Below, piece by piece: positions 10,431 through 23,217 of a stretch of DNA of 64,000 nucleotides. A program made the translations under genes and the position numbers. Below the pieces are notes generated by a model. That model saw only the letters and a program-made list of their open reading frames with translations, made no database searches and was not told the origin of the DNA. This stretch comes from Basidiobolus meristosporus CBS 931.73 (taxonomy: Eukaryota > Fungi > Basidiobolomycota): contig MCFE01000442.1 in the NCBI GenBank assembly GCA_002104905.1, positions 1 to 64,000 on the forward strand, written 5' to 3'. How positions within the stretch are numbered: the first letter of the stretch is position 1; each line of letters opens with the position of its first letter.

Positions 10431-13400
10431 TCATTCACCATGAACTGAGGCTTTTCTCGACGCGTTACGTCCTTGGAAATGGGTCCCAAACTCTCGAATC
10501 AATCTTCGTCGGTTGTGGGAATTCCATATCCAGTCAAATAATATCTTTGCAGTCCAGCGTTCCTCTGGGTTAACTGCCAGACATCCTAGCAGAAGTTCTC
10601 TACATTTCATACCCTTGATTGATCTGCATATTTCCTTGTGCATTCTTTCTTCGTTTCCAACTATTTCTCGCAGCCCACGGATATCCTCATCAAAAACCCC
10701 CGGCCAAGGGTTCTGTTGAGACAACGTCCGCCAAATCAGAATTCCTAGCGAGTAGACATCTTCGGCAAGGGGGTCGACAGGGTAGGGAAGCACGTCGTGG
10801 TCCTGCTTATGCTTGGGTAGAGTACAAATGGATCTTTTATGAACGTGGTTAGCGCAGCATGCTAGGGGTCATGGGTAGAATAAAGGCCTACCTATATCTC
10901 TTGTAGCCGTGATCAGGCGCAGTGTAGATTTTTGGTAGCAGTTTCAGCTCCTCCAGGCCGTATTTCCGCGTGCTCCATTTGGAAACATCTTCCGCTCTAA
11001 CAAACAAAGCTCTCCCAAAATCAATGATCACTGCTTTGGGTCTAAGGCTGTTGTCTTTCAGCAATGACCCAGGATTCACATTGACCATAACGTTGATCTC
11101 CGAAAGATCTCGATGGGCAATTCCATTCTCGTGCATTACCTTCACTGCAACGATCATGTCTCTTATGAGCTTGTATTTTTGTTGAGGTGTAACCTTATGT
11201 CTAGTATGTAGGTAGTCTTTTAAGGTTTGCTGGCATCTGCATGAAGCACGTCAGGAAAGTTCAAACTGCCAGCATGGGTTAAATGAGGAGCTCGTACCTG
11301 AGCATGGTTAACCCACCAAGCTGGTTGGATTCATCCTCCAAGATAGACATGATCTCGCCAATTCGCTTAGTGCCTTTGAGCTTGCTGGATGGTTGTTCAG
11401 CTGGTGTGTGTTTAATTCAAGGTGGCTGCTGGAGATTTACTTACGTTAGACATAGGACCTCCATCAAGCATGCTTGGAACGATGCTTCATTTATCTCCTT
11501 GTAAAGCTGAATCACCACATCTGGATTGTGGATATGCCCATGCACAGCCTTGAAGAATCCATTCACCGCGTCAGAAGACAACACGCTTCTGTAATTAGAA
11601 TCTAGTTTTTCCACCTTAACTCCATGGTTATAGGCGACTTCAAATATGTGGTAAGTAAGCCTGATCACTGAAGAGAGCAACGACATTTGATTTACATATT
11701 TTAAAATGCTGATAAATTTCCGCAGCTGATCGAGGTTGCGAGATGTCCAGGTTGTATTCTTTAGAAGCGAGCGTAAAGGAGTAAGCGGCACGCCTTGATT
11801 CCACATTATATTCATTCGACACTTACTGTATGTGGGCCTTTCGTCCGCTTCTTCAATCGGTCTGTCCAGTTCCGTGCTAAATTTGGCTGATGCGATAGGG
11901 ATAACTCTTTTATCGTTGTTGCTTCTGTCAACGTTTTCGGTGCGGCCTGTCGCATGAGGGTTTTTGGGTGATGTTTCTTGATTCACAAGGTCGGTTGTCT
12001 CGATCTGTACCATGTTTTCATCATCAGGTCGTGAGTCAGGTCGTGAACTTTCCCCAGTCTCGTGGGACATCGAGTCTAGGACAAGAGCTTCTTCCAGGTT
12101 CACCAGCGGATTGTCGCTACTCAAAAACAAAACGGGCGTGATGGATCTTGAGAGCTTAACCGGGACAATTTCTTCGTCAAGCCCCGTGTCGCTCACTATA
12201 GGCGAGGTCAATCGAACCAGAGGGCTATTCATTTCCCTCTTGGGTATTGGTGATTCTGGGGTTGGAGTTGAAGTCCCAGGCGAGTTAACAACAACTGGTG
12301 GTGTGTGTTGGGCATCCACCATGTTTTCTTCCGAATTCGACATCTCCTTCGCCTTCTCCGATACGGATTGTTGAGATGAAGCTTCAGTTTGTTGTTCAGC
12401 TGTTATATTCGATGGAGGGGTTGAGCTGGGAAGCGTACTCTCAATGTCCTCGCTTGTCTCAGATGTATGATGCGGATCGGGATTGTCAAGCTGTGCTGGT
12501 GCAAAACGTAACAGCTCTTTAGCAAAATATTCTCGGAGTATATCGGATTTAAGGGGAAATGGCTTGAATGGCTTGTTCAACTGCGTTCGAGTGGAGTTTG
12601 TAATTTCTATTTCAAGCTTGACAATCTTGATTACCAGTACCTTTATCCAGGTTTTGGTAGAATCCAAGCTCTGCAAAACCTCCACTTCATCAAGGTCATG
12701 CCTTTCCCCAAAAGGCTTACAAACGAAGCAATCCCCCTTCAGTATAACCGATTTCTTATTTCCTGGGATCTTTTCGTACTGAATGCTTGACATCACGAGT
12801 AACAGTCCATTGGGATCATCTCTGCACGTTTCAAGTATCGTTCGATTCTGAGCGACAAAGAGTCGCACTATCTGGGGTCTGAAGGGATAGTTGGGTAGTT
12901 CCAGCAAGGGGGAATGGATGGACTCGGTAATTTCTTTAGCCAACAGCCCCATGTGGCTTTTTTCGGCCTCCTCTTGGTTGAGTACTTTTACAGCGTAGAG
13001 ATTCTCAACGTTACCGAAAATCAATGTTTCCCAGTGTTGTTGGAATTCCATTTGCAGCTCATCGATGGAGGTCCTTGTATTCATTTCGCTGATTATATCT
13101 GCCAATGCCTGTGTATAATCCTTAGCCACGAAGAATACCACATCCGTATCGTCGTACGTTTCTTGCACAATTGAGGCTACTCTGGCTAGTTCATCAGTAA
13201 ACTCCTCCAAGCTTGTATACTTCCCTTCCCATAGCCCTCTCTCTATCCTCGCCAGGTTGAGGGCGGGCTCACGTGGGGTGTACAGCCTGCTGGTCCCGCG
13301 AGAAGAAATGAAAGCGCGACTACAGGATAAAGGAAATAATCGATCTAAAATGTGTGCGGCCTGAAAGAATACATCCCCCATAGCAAGGGCCGAACTAAGA

Positions 13401-15226
13401 ATTTTTCGGTGGATGCTAATAAAGTTGTCTTCACTTGAAGGTAATAGCACCCTGTTTGGTTGCGATATTGTTGGAGACACGGGTACTTCTCTAATGGGAA
13501 CATCATCCTGCGGTGACTTTGTTTGAAGGGTTGGTTGTGTGGGCTGGATCGAATCAGTGGTCAAAATCGGTTGCAAGGAAGTTTCATCGCTCATTTCTGC
13601 TCCCTGAGATATTGGCGAAGCAACAGGTGAGTCCATCAAGGGTGATGGGCTTGGGATGTTATCGGGAAATGTATTCAGGAATTGTGAAGCTTGCTCACTT
13701 CCAGAAGTCTCGATGGGAGGCTTTGAGGTGTTCTGCAGCCCTGTAGCTTTGCGAGCTGATTTGTCTTTTGTTTTGACTGAAAATACATCTCTTTGATCTT
13801 GCGAATTTTGCAGGCCATAATTCAATGAAGTGGTTGCGGTGGGCCTCTTGAAACTGCTAATAACCGGACCAAGAGAAGATGCTCTCTCGTGAGTTGTATC
13901 GGTATGAGGTGGTTGTTTGACCAGTGGATATCGTGACACCGCTTTCGAAGGAGTGGCTGAATGGGATGGAGTAAGAGGGTCTTCATGGGAGATATCCATT
14001 TGGACTCTTGGACTTTCGTAGCATCTCGGACTCATCTCTGTCGGTTCAAAAAAAGTTGTGAGCTCGTATGGCGTAGAAGTTGGTCTTTGCGCTATATTCT
14101 TTAAAGCGCTTCTAGAAACAGCTCCTGAAGAAACGGATTCAATATATTGACAAAGGTACAGATTGCAAAGAGAGCTTACCCTGATTGAATAAACCCTTGC
14201 CTGTCGTGTTTTCGGATAAGGTGCCGGAGACGCTGGGGCGCTCAACTCCCTTTCCTTTACGAGCATTCAACGGATTACTGTTACTTGGTAAGCTAGTAGT
14301 AGGTCGCGGAGGAGTGTACAAGTTGTTTGGAGATGGAGCTAGTTCTTTCTTGGCTGTCGGGTTTAGTGACCGTTTGTCTAGCCGCAATTTAGGTATATGT
14401 GTTTTGGGCTGGTTGAGGTTTGTCGCTGACACTAAAAATCCCCGGGATATATATGGTTATTAAATTACGCTACTGGTATGTAAGAATGGATGAGTTTGTG
14501 CGTACCATTTTTCGAGCATTCATAAGAATCCCCACTTCCTTCTTTGCCCTTTTTGCTCAGACGCGACTTTTTTAGTGGAGGACTCGAGGTCTCATTCACC
14601 TCGGGGGATGTAGCTTCTTCGAGAGGTAGATGGGATTTGTCCTTTCTTGAATTGGAAGGGGGTGTTTCTTGCAAAAGAGATTTTTTTTCCGGCGAAATGT
14701 ACACCGGCAGATTCAACTCGTGTGAGTGGGTGATTTTCGTCAAATTTTGCAACACGCTATGCTGGCTCAGGGAGGGGCTAAAATTGGAAAGCTTAGCTCC
14801 TTGAATGTAGGGGTTGACTTTTTGTGTGGTGCCATAATCCATAACAAAGGAGCGTTGACGCTTTGAAGAAAAAGTTGGTGAAGGTTTCGGGTGACCTTTG
14901 AACAGACTGCGGGCGTCTTGGCTGATGTTTCTGGCGTAATGCTAACTTGTTGCGATCTGAAAGTAGAAAATCCAAATGAGAACGCGAGGATTCCTCGAGT
15001 AAAACTAACGTCCAAAGCAACAAGGTGAAAATACTTACGGGTTCCCCAAGTCCGACACCCCATTATGTACGTGTATAGATCGTTTTGCGGGTGTGATTGT
15101 CTGGTTGTGGGGTGAGTGTATAAATTCCTTTGGGGACTTTTTAGAATAAATTGGGGATTTGAGTTTTGACACGTACAAAACGGACAAGTCGGAGGGCTTT
15201 TGCGCCCTGTTGGTTTCCTCCATCAT
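10431..15226 (-). CDS. Large multi-exon protein: low-complexity N-terminus, bromodomain-like region, C-terminal atypical protein kinase domain; 5' exons uncertain
   Basis: Spliced C-terminus: AVNGFFKAVHG...VVIQLYK...LMEVLCLTKL...GLTMLRCQQTLKDYL...MHENGIAHRDLSEINVMV...AVIIDFGRA...EDVYSLGILIW...CLAVNPEERWTA. ORF 11441-14266 provides most of the body; upstream exons have GT-AG signals but their phases were not fully resolved. Confidence 0.8.
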
Positions 15227-15689
15227 GCTGCCTAGTCAACTTTCGTGGAAAAACTTCAAAAGTTGTTGGTAAAGCGTACTTCGAAAGTGATTGTTACTAC
15301 GGCTGATTCATCGATTTTTTTGATTGCTCACTTAAAATGTGTTCTTTGATGTTTGGTTAAGTAAGCTATTAATCAGGGCGTTGTTTCATTTCAAAATTGT
15401 GTTCTATTTTAGCTGGCTCCTAGTCCATAGTGGTTTTCTAAAGTGATACACATAGCCTTACCTTCCTTCAGCATTGAATTAATAAATGTGACCGAGGTAC
15501 TCTGTTTTAGGATAATTCATTTCTGAATATTTAGAAAACATCTATTTTTCTGGAAATTTCCACTGTTTCCACAATACGATAAATATTACAATGATGTCAC
15601 GTAGCAAATTTACTCCACGAAGTTCTGAATTTAGTACGATATATCAACGTACCTCTATCAAGTTCTAGGTATTCCTTATTCTCAAAAGT

Positions 15690-16356
15690 ATGTTTGGCTG
15701 TATAGTAGCTGGTAGACTTGTAGGTATTGCTTCAGAAGGCCCATTGATTCTAAGAAATAGATGCTAACTTTCAGCGCGCATAAGGTTCAAACCAACCTTC
15801 AACAAGTTGATGTGAACAAATACGTGTTCGAGCTAACAGATGCTCACAACATCAATCATGTGATTGTCTTCTTGTTAGGGACTATTCCTTTTGAGCCAGG
15901 TTTTGCTGCTACCGTGCACTTTTTGTGGCCCAACAAAAATTGGCAGATGTTGGGGGTGTAAGTATTTTGTGCTGCCTCTCGTTCTTCTCCTTGAACTCAC
16001 CCGAAAACTATAGATTATCCAATGACAAGCCTTCAGCGGTATTTCGACTTCAACCTGGAGCGAACAACCAACCAGTGCCCGGGGTAACCGCCACTCTCGG
16101 AATATCAATCGAGCCCATCAATCTAGTGGAGCAGCAATATCAGGCTCATTTACAGACCGCCTCAAATAACAAGACGGTGCCCTCACCCATCGTCATCGCG
16201 GAAAGGATTCTCAACCAAGTTTACAATTTTGTGACGTCCTATGTTAGCGGAGGCAGTAATGACATGATTCCATTGAAGGCGTTTGAGAATTGGTACCAGA
16301 CAACTCAGCGGAAAGTGAAAGCCGACCCCAGCTTTTTACTTAAGAATTCTGAATAA
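15690..16356 (+). CDS. OPI10: Hikeshi/Opi10 family Hsp70 nuclear import carrier, 3 exons
   Basis: MFGCIVAGRLVQTNLQQVD...INHVIVFLLGTIPFEPGFAATVHFLWP...W..LGVLSNDKPSAVFRL...ATLGISIEP...PLKAFENWY. Confidence 0.88.
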
Positions 16357-17771
16357 GGGGTGTGTTGTTGTATATTCTTGCCATTCCCAATAAATCATTG
16401 CCACATTACTATGGTTGATAGTTCACTACAATACATATGTACTATTCTACCAACTTCAGGGTGTTTACACCAGCTAGATTGGCGGTAAAGGTTATGTCTA
16501 GTGCCAATATGGCCAGATTTGCATCAAATGGTATGTTCACTAGCATAGTGATTTGAGCAGTTCACCATATCTTGGAGTTCCAGGATCCATTCACATGGCT
16601 CAGGCATTTGCCCTAATCCCAACCAACCTACCCTAGCAAGTAATATTCTACTATGCCAGCGACTGTTCAGGCCAATGCCCACCTTTCACCTACATTTCGG
16701 ATACCTCCCAGCATCTTTTTGGCTTTAGTAGAATACATATATGTAGATTCGGTATCAAGGTTTACTCCAACCTCTACAGAGCCAAGTGTGGGTAAGATTA
16801 GTAGAGAAATTGGCAACCTGATAATGGGGCATTGACTAATGGTCATATTAATAATGCAACCATTTTTCACTATCACTATTTATGTATAGCAAACACTCCC
16901 ATAGCAAACTAAATGACTTTATCTACTTGCTGATTGAAGCTAATTGGAAGTGAGGAGATATCCACAACAAGGAAGAGTATTTACTCTGGCAACAAATCCT
17001 TCGTTAACCAATCTCATACCCATTTAATGTGCAGATTGACCATTTCTGATGATCCAGCGCCAATTTAACCATGTTGAGCCTCCATAAAAGCAGAGAATAT
17101 CGGCAGAACGCTATATTTAATTACCATATTAATCTTGATGGAGTGGGTGAGGTTAGTGGGAAGGGATGTTCAGAACAGGTAGTCCAGAATGCATCGAAGA
17201 GAACCTTCCAAACAGGACCCATTATCGGCAGATCCATATTCAGCAATGCAGGTGAGAATTTTATGGGGCACGTAGCGCACTGCCGATGAGCTGAGACATC
17301 AGTTATTACGTACCACACCGCTTCGACGCTCATGTGGCGGGAGCATGGTAAATTAGCGACTCCATCCAATATCAACAACAGTGAGGGATTGTCATGATTA
17401 GAATACTTGTCTGGGTGGTGATCGCATTGTGGATTGGATCTCATGTGTTTGGGTGGAAGGTAATCCTAGATATGTCTCAAACTAGGAACAAGCCTAGTCC
17501 AATTGGAGGTACGAGAGACCTTAATGTGTTGTGTTAAAGGAGAAAACAAACGCACTGAATCATTTTGCCAGGTCAATTTAACTTGGCAAATTCTCCAAAA
17601 ATGGTTTTGATAGATCATACTGGGTAAATGTGATCAATCCTGTCCGATTGAAAATTCCCTCCTGATATTGATTATACTTATGGACGCGCCACACACCTTC
17701 CCATCCTTTTAAAAAGCCGCGCCATGCCGCCGAGATTCATAGCCTCGTTTCATTGATAGCATACTATACTT

Positions 17772-18257
17772 ATGTCATCTCTTGTATTAGACATGATACA
17801 ACCTATCTCTCGTCGAAAACAACGCCGCGATAACATTTGCGATATTTGTCAGAAATCTTTTGGCCGCCTTGATAACCTCAAGCGCCACTATCGGACACAT
17901 ACAGGAGAGAAGCCACATCGTTGCACATACCCTGGGTGCACCCAGAGCTTCCCAAGAAGCGATCAGCTGAACCGCCACTTCAGCATGCACTCTGCCAGCC
18001 CCACCCTCAAGAAGAGGAAGCTAAGCATCGATAGCGATCATGGTCCCTTCTCCCACTACCAACAACAGCCAACCTACAGCTCATCCATCCCTTCCACGCC
18101 AGACTCCATATCATGGACCCTTTCCAGTAACAAAAAGTTCACGCCTATGGGCATAGACCAAATCCAGACCATTCTCAACCTCACACCAGTACATTTAGTC
18201 GTTGCTCCAGAGGAGCCCAAACCATCCCGCATGGAGCTCGCCTACCTCTTGAATTAG
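17772..18257 (+). CDS. Intronless two-finger C2H2 zinc-finger transcription factor
   Basis: [51 protein letters not shown] with canonical TGEKP linker. Confidence 0.9.
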   Translation: MSSLVLDMIQPISRRKQRRDNICDICQKSFGRLDNLKRHYRTHTGEKPHRCTYPGCTQSFPRSDQLNRHFSMHSASPTLKKRKLSIDSDHGPFSHYQQQPTYSSSIPSTPDSISWTLSSNKKFTPMGIDQIQTILNLTPVHLVVAPEEPKPSRMELAYLLN

Positions 18258-21200
18258 TTCCCACTATCACCTGTTATCTCTGTGTACGTCGCTTTCCCTA
18301 TGTATATTTCCAGTGTGTTCCTTTGTTTCAACGGAGTGATCATCGAAATGGCCATCCACCAGCCAACCTGTACATACTACCTAGTACCAAATAGAAATCT
18401 CGATCACTTGAAATGATGTTTAACCCGTACGAGATCAAATTAATTTAATCACAACTATAAAGGACCATTCGGCCAAACTGATCCCATTAGGCTGTATTCG
18501 GGATTTCTTTCAGTTTACTATCAATCGATCCGTAGGCCTATTCCACGTAGCCACATGGAAGTGAGTGTTGTTAGCGGCACGGGAAATGTTCAAATTACAA
18601 GCCAAATAATATATATTAGCGTCCAAAGTACATGGCCAACTGAGTGATGGTATACCCAGCACACCCTGGGTCGATGAAAATGTCAATGAGGGGAACGAAC
18701 CATGATCCTGTAGATAACTAGCTGACGGGTTCGGCAAATCTCATTTCTATGGAACACCTGGTACGAACTGTATACGGGTTGGAGTCAATGAGTGTAATTA
18801 TAGCAATCACCTGCGATGGGAAATTTCCGTTTATGTATGTAAGTACTCCCTGTTTTCAATCGAAGGATAATTTATCCAGCAATGGCTAAAGTCCAGCATA
18901 AAAGGCATCTCACTCCAATTGGCAAAAAGTTCTTCCTGGGATGCGAGTGTCCAGGAGACGTCCAGTATACCCTAAGGCCTAGACTCGCAATGCCAAGTCC
19001 CGCTTCGAATCAAAGGAGGCCAATTTGTCTGTTTTGACCCGATGGTAAAGTCGACGTGTCACGAGTATCTGTCAAACGTCTTAAGCTTAGGCCAGGGGTT
19101 GTCTCACATGCTATCGCGCGGCGCTAGTCAGCATGATGTATTTCCCGCTGCTGGCATTTATTTGTATTGGGATACCTAATATAAGGTTGGGGATCAATAT
19201 TCCAATCTAAGGAAATCAAACCTTGCTTTAAATGGCAGACGACCTAGCAAATAATCGGGCCTTACCAAGGGCACAGATACTACGAGAATAGTCAGCACTA
19301 GCACGTTTTCTAAATTGATTCCTAGGTGAGGTCGGCCAATGAACAGGCTCCAACACTCGGTCAATGTTTTTCAATATTTTGGAGGGTTTGCAAACATTAC
19401 CTACATCTGAATCAGCTCATTGAGTGCTCGTCACCGCCATGTTGCAAATTGGAGGTTTGTCCGTTTGTACGTTTGTACGCCATACGCTAGGATTGGATCG
19501 TCAAGCGGTTGCGTAGATATGGTTGTGCTGATCGTTCAGGTGGTTGGGTACATGGAGATAGGTGGCATATGCCATCACAATTGTCCACCATCTGATTGGT
19601 GATCGCGGGCTGGGTTAGCGCTCTCGGGACAGAGGGCAGCGTTCTAGACTACGGGAGGTACATTCAAGTGAGGTTCCTGTCTTGCGGGCCAAAACCCGGC
19701 CTAGCACGGTATGTGGAATGATATCATTGTGCATGAGTGCGAAATGGTCTGTGACTCCATCGGTAGTTTGATCTTCAATGGCTGTTGCTTTCGCTCATTA
19801 GAAATCCGACTCAATGTTTATTCCGTGGTGGTAAGTGATATCATGTTTGACGAGAAACAGTTTTATCCCACATGGTGCCTCGTGGTGAGTGGTTAATCTA
19901 TGCAGAGTGGGATGTTTTGTACTAAGCCAGCAGGTAAATGATGTTCTACTGCCCAGCTGCCAAACCAGGCAACAATTAATGGCTCGGTAGATCCCATTTC
20001 TAGGTGATACATATCTGCATGAAAGATCAACCTATCGGTACCACTGATCTTTGAGGGATCCTTCGCGAAGTACGTCATAGCGTAGTCGAATATTTCATTT
20101 TGGATGATTCACACTTGCACCTCTGACATAATTGTTTCGCCAGGTATTCTCAACTCAGTCACCCACTGTGTGTTGCATGACCCGCTGAGCTGAAACCATC
20201 GACGACTAGCTCTTACCTCTCCCCTCATTCCCCTCGATCTCCAAGAAACATTCTCGTTGGAGTTCACCTAGTGGCAGTCTGAAGATGTCTGCGATTGGAT
20301 TCACGGCATTTGAATTCGTTCTGAACAATATGGGTGCTTTTTTAGTACTTGCCTTCATCCTGATACGTGCCTCGGATATTCTGTGGAGTGCGATGAAATC
20401 CGAGTTTCCCATTATTGTTGTGTGGAAGTCTATTACTATTTGGAGGTTATCTCGAGATTTTGGGAGTGACCTTCATGATGCGGTCGAATGGGTAATCTTT
20501 TGAAACAAGCGGAAAGCACACTTCCAAACCGGCCCAGGTGCCATTTAAGTATGCCGAACAACGGTTAAGTGATGATAGGCCCATTTCATTTGGATTTCCT
20601 TTACCTGGGGTTGATTGCAGTCGATTTTTGGTTCAATCTAGCTTTGGAATTGGTTTGTCGGTTCGAAATATCTGTGTTACCGGATTTCACCAACGACTCC
20701 ATGATTGTATCATCCAGCCCTAACCCCATATATCCCTTCGTTTCCAAGCCTGCTACAGTCCAGAGTTTCTTGGATTGGTATCGAAGTCATAGATACATAT
20801 TGGCAGTCTCATGAACCCTTTTTGAGGAAACCATGGCTGACAAATACGCATTTCCCAATACGAAAAGAAATACTTAGCGGCGTTGTTGCTGAGGGTTTTA
20901 CACTGGTGGTGCCTCGATGTCCAATAGTGACTATTTGTTGGAAATACTAGGTATTGGTGGCAATTCTCTTGGTTATTTTTGACCAATCATTGGATACGTC
21001 TTGAAACTTCATGATGAGATGAGATCGAAACACTTGTCCTTGAAAAGTGGATCCCCTTCAGTGCGTGGTTGGCCCACGAGCAGCGTTCAAGTGACCACGC
21101 AGCGACTCACAAATCGAATGTCTGGTATATTGGCAAATATCCCTTTGGTAAAATCTCAAACATGGATGTTTGCTGGTTTTCCGCTGGTGTTTCTACCATC

Positions 21201-22113
21201 GTTACATGACATCATAATGGTATTTTACCACGCTGATTGAAATGTATGCCGGATTACTTAAGGAATGCGAGGAAACCAGTGGCTAGATTTCTAGTTTTGC
21301 ACCTGAGGATGGATGGAGGTTCGCATATCACTTTGAGTATTGTACCTGGAGTTAGATTTTTGCGGATATCCAAATGGTATCCTGATGGCATCCTTCGGAA
21401 ATTCCTACTGGGGTTAGTAAATCCATATGGGAGCAGCACTTATGCTTCAACATTCCAAAGTCATTCTAAATTCCCTACTACTATTAGCACCATACTATGT
21501 ATCCCAAGCTGGTAGCTTAAATTATGCTGCTAAATAACCCCTAGTAAATATTTGCAACTTACATTCTTGTTAGGTTTTTGGTTGGTATTCACATCCTTTC
21601 ACTATGGGCTTGTGAGCACACTTCACTCCACTAATAATCAATCACTCCCTCATACCCATAGCCTGCGAGAAAGTCAAAGACTAGGTTCTTTAAATTGCAC
21701 ATGGAGATGGTATTTAACGGCCTAGATATAGTTGCAGATATCTTATTTATACCTAAATATCTACCTTAACTTGGTTGCTTACACCAGAGTTTTGGTCATG
21801 CCAGAAGTTGCTGGGGGAACTAATAGATTATGCAGCTCTCACTTTACTGTTTGTTGGATGTAAAAGTGGTAGTGATACTTGTAAATTTTGTGATTACACC
21901 TAAATATTCACTTGACTTGGTCACTTAGATCATAGTCTGCTAAACTTAGAGAACTCTGCTCAAATCCCTTGTTGGGATTTACTTATCAATTTTTTATGTT
22001 CTGGATACCTGGTATTTTGGTGAAAAGATTCTAAGTTATGCAAACAGCCCTAAGACTTTGAATACATGCTGTTGAGACCTTCTGTAACATATTCTGCGTG
22101 TTTGATTTGCCAG

Positions 22114-22786
22114 TGTAGTAAGAGTTTTGGGGATATTGAAGTGATTGGGAGAACAAGTAGATTATGTGGTTTGCACTTATGATATATTAGCTGTAGAAGT
22201 TAACCTTATACTTTTACATGGTATTGGCATAGAAAACATGTAGAATATGTCCCAAGTGTTGTAAAAATTTGTAATTCTACCTAAATATTCACCTAACTTA
22301 GTCACTTAGATCATTACCTCCAAATCCTAGAGAATACTGATCAATCTCCTTGTTGGGATTTACTTAGAATATTTACCCAGAACATGAAAATTAGATAAGT
22401 TGTCCAAACAGCCCTAAACCTTGCACACATGTTCTTGGGATCTTTTTAAACCTATTCTATGCGTTTGTTATGCCAAGGCCATGTAAAAGTATAAATACTA
22501 CTTTTGCAATCAATAAATCATTAAGTGAAAACCACACAATCTACTTGTCCTCCCAAATCACTTCCAGTATCTCCAAGACTCTTACAACACCAAGAACATG
22601 TGTGTGGAGTCTGGGGCTGTTTGGACAACTTTAAGATTTCTAATATTCTGGGCATCTGATATTTGGTGAAAATAGTCTAGGTAATTCCCAACAAGGAATT
22701 TGGACAGAATTCTCTAAGATTTGTAGCTAATGATCTAAGCAACCCATTTAGGTGAATATTTTGGTGTAATCACAAAACTTACAACA
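22114..22786 (-). mobile_element. Solo LTR (about 335 bp once the nested copy is removed), TSD GCCAG/GCCAA
   Basis: Ends TGTAGTAA (22114) and TTACAACA (22786); flanked by GCCAG (22109-22113) and GCCAA (22787-22791); reverse complement matches the 22257 and 23533 copies. Confidence 0.8.
22257..22589 (+). mobile_element. Solo LTR, 333 bp, TSD CCAAG
   Basis: TGTTGTAA...TTACAACA termini; perfect 5-bp duplication CCAAG at 22252-22256 and 22590-22594; TATAAATA inside. Confidence 0.9.
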
Positions 22787-23095
22787 GCCAAGACTATGTA
22801 AAAGTGGTATTTATAATTTTACACAGTATTGACAAAAAACCACATCAGATATGCTCAGGAAGGTCTCAAAAACATGTGGACAAAGTTTGTGGCTGCTTAG
22901 ACAACTAATTGACTTTCATGTTCTGGGTGCCTGATGTTTTGGAAAAAATATTTCAAGTAAATCATGACAAGTGATTTGATCAGTGTTCTCTATGAATTAT
23001 GGACTGTAACTTAGGTGATTAATTTAAGGGAATATTTAGGTGTAATTACAAACCTTACAACACAAGCCATGTTGCATAATTCTTGCTGATGTAAA

Positions 23096-23190
23096 TGTTG
23101 TAAGTGTTTTGGACATATTGGAAGTGATTGGGAGTACAAACAGATTATGCGGTTTTCACTTGATGATTTATTGAATGTAAAAGTAGTATA
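23096..23190 (-). mobile_element. Truncated LTR fragment (3' end only)
   Basis: TGTTGTAAGTGTTTTGGACATATTGGAAGTGATTGGG... is the reverse complement of the last ~95 bp of the LTR. Confidence 0.7.
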
Positions 23191-23217
23191 TATTATTATT
23201 TAGGCTTTTATCAAAAT

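Larger units (their letters stand above)
21877..23062. mobile_element. Old fold-back (inverted) derivative of the local LTR family, host of two younger insertions
   Basis: 21877-22113 plus 22792-22823 match the LTR on +; 22797-23062 match it on - and end in TTACAACA; the arms meet at the LTR-internal palindrome 22797-22823. Confidence 0.6.

Noticed and set aside
17121-17444. 107-aa minus-strand ORF and other short ORFs at 16400-17700
   Set aside because: No motif, splice pattern or compositional support.
21254-21439. LLPYGFTNPSRNFRRM, resembling the gypsy RT motif MPFGL.NAP..FQR
   Set aside because: No YxDD or other RT motifs in any nearby frame; too weak to call.
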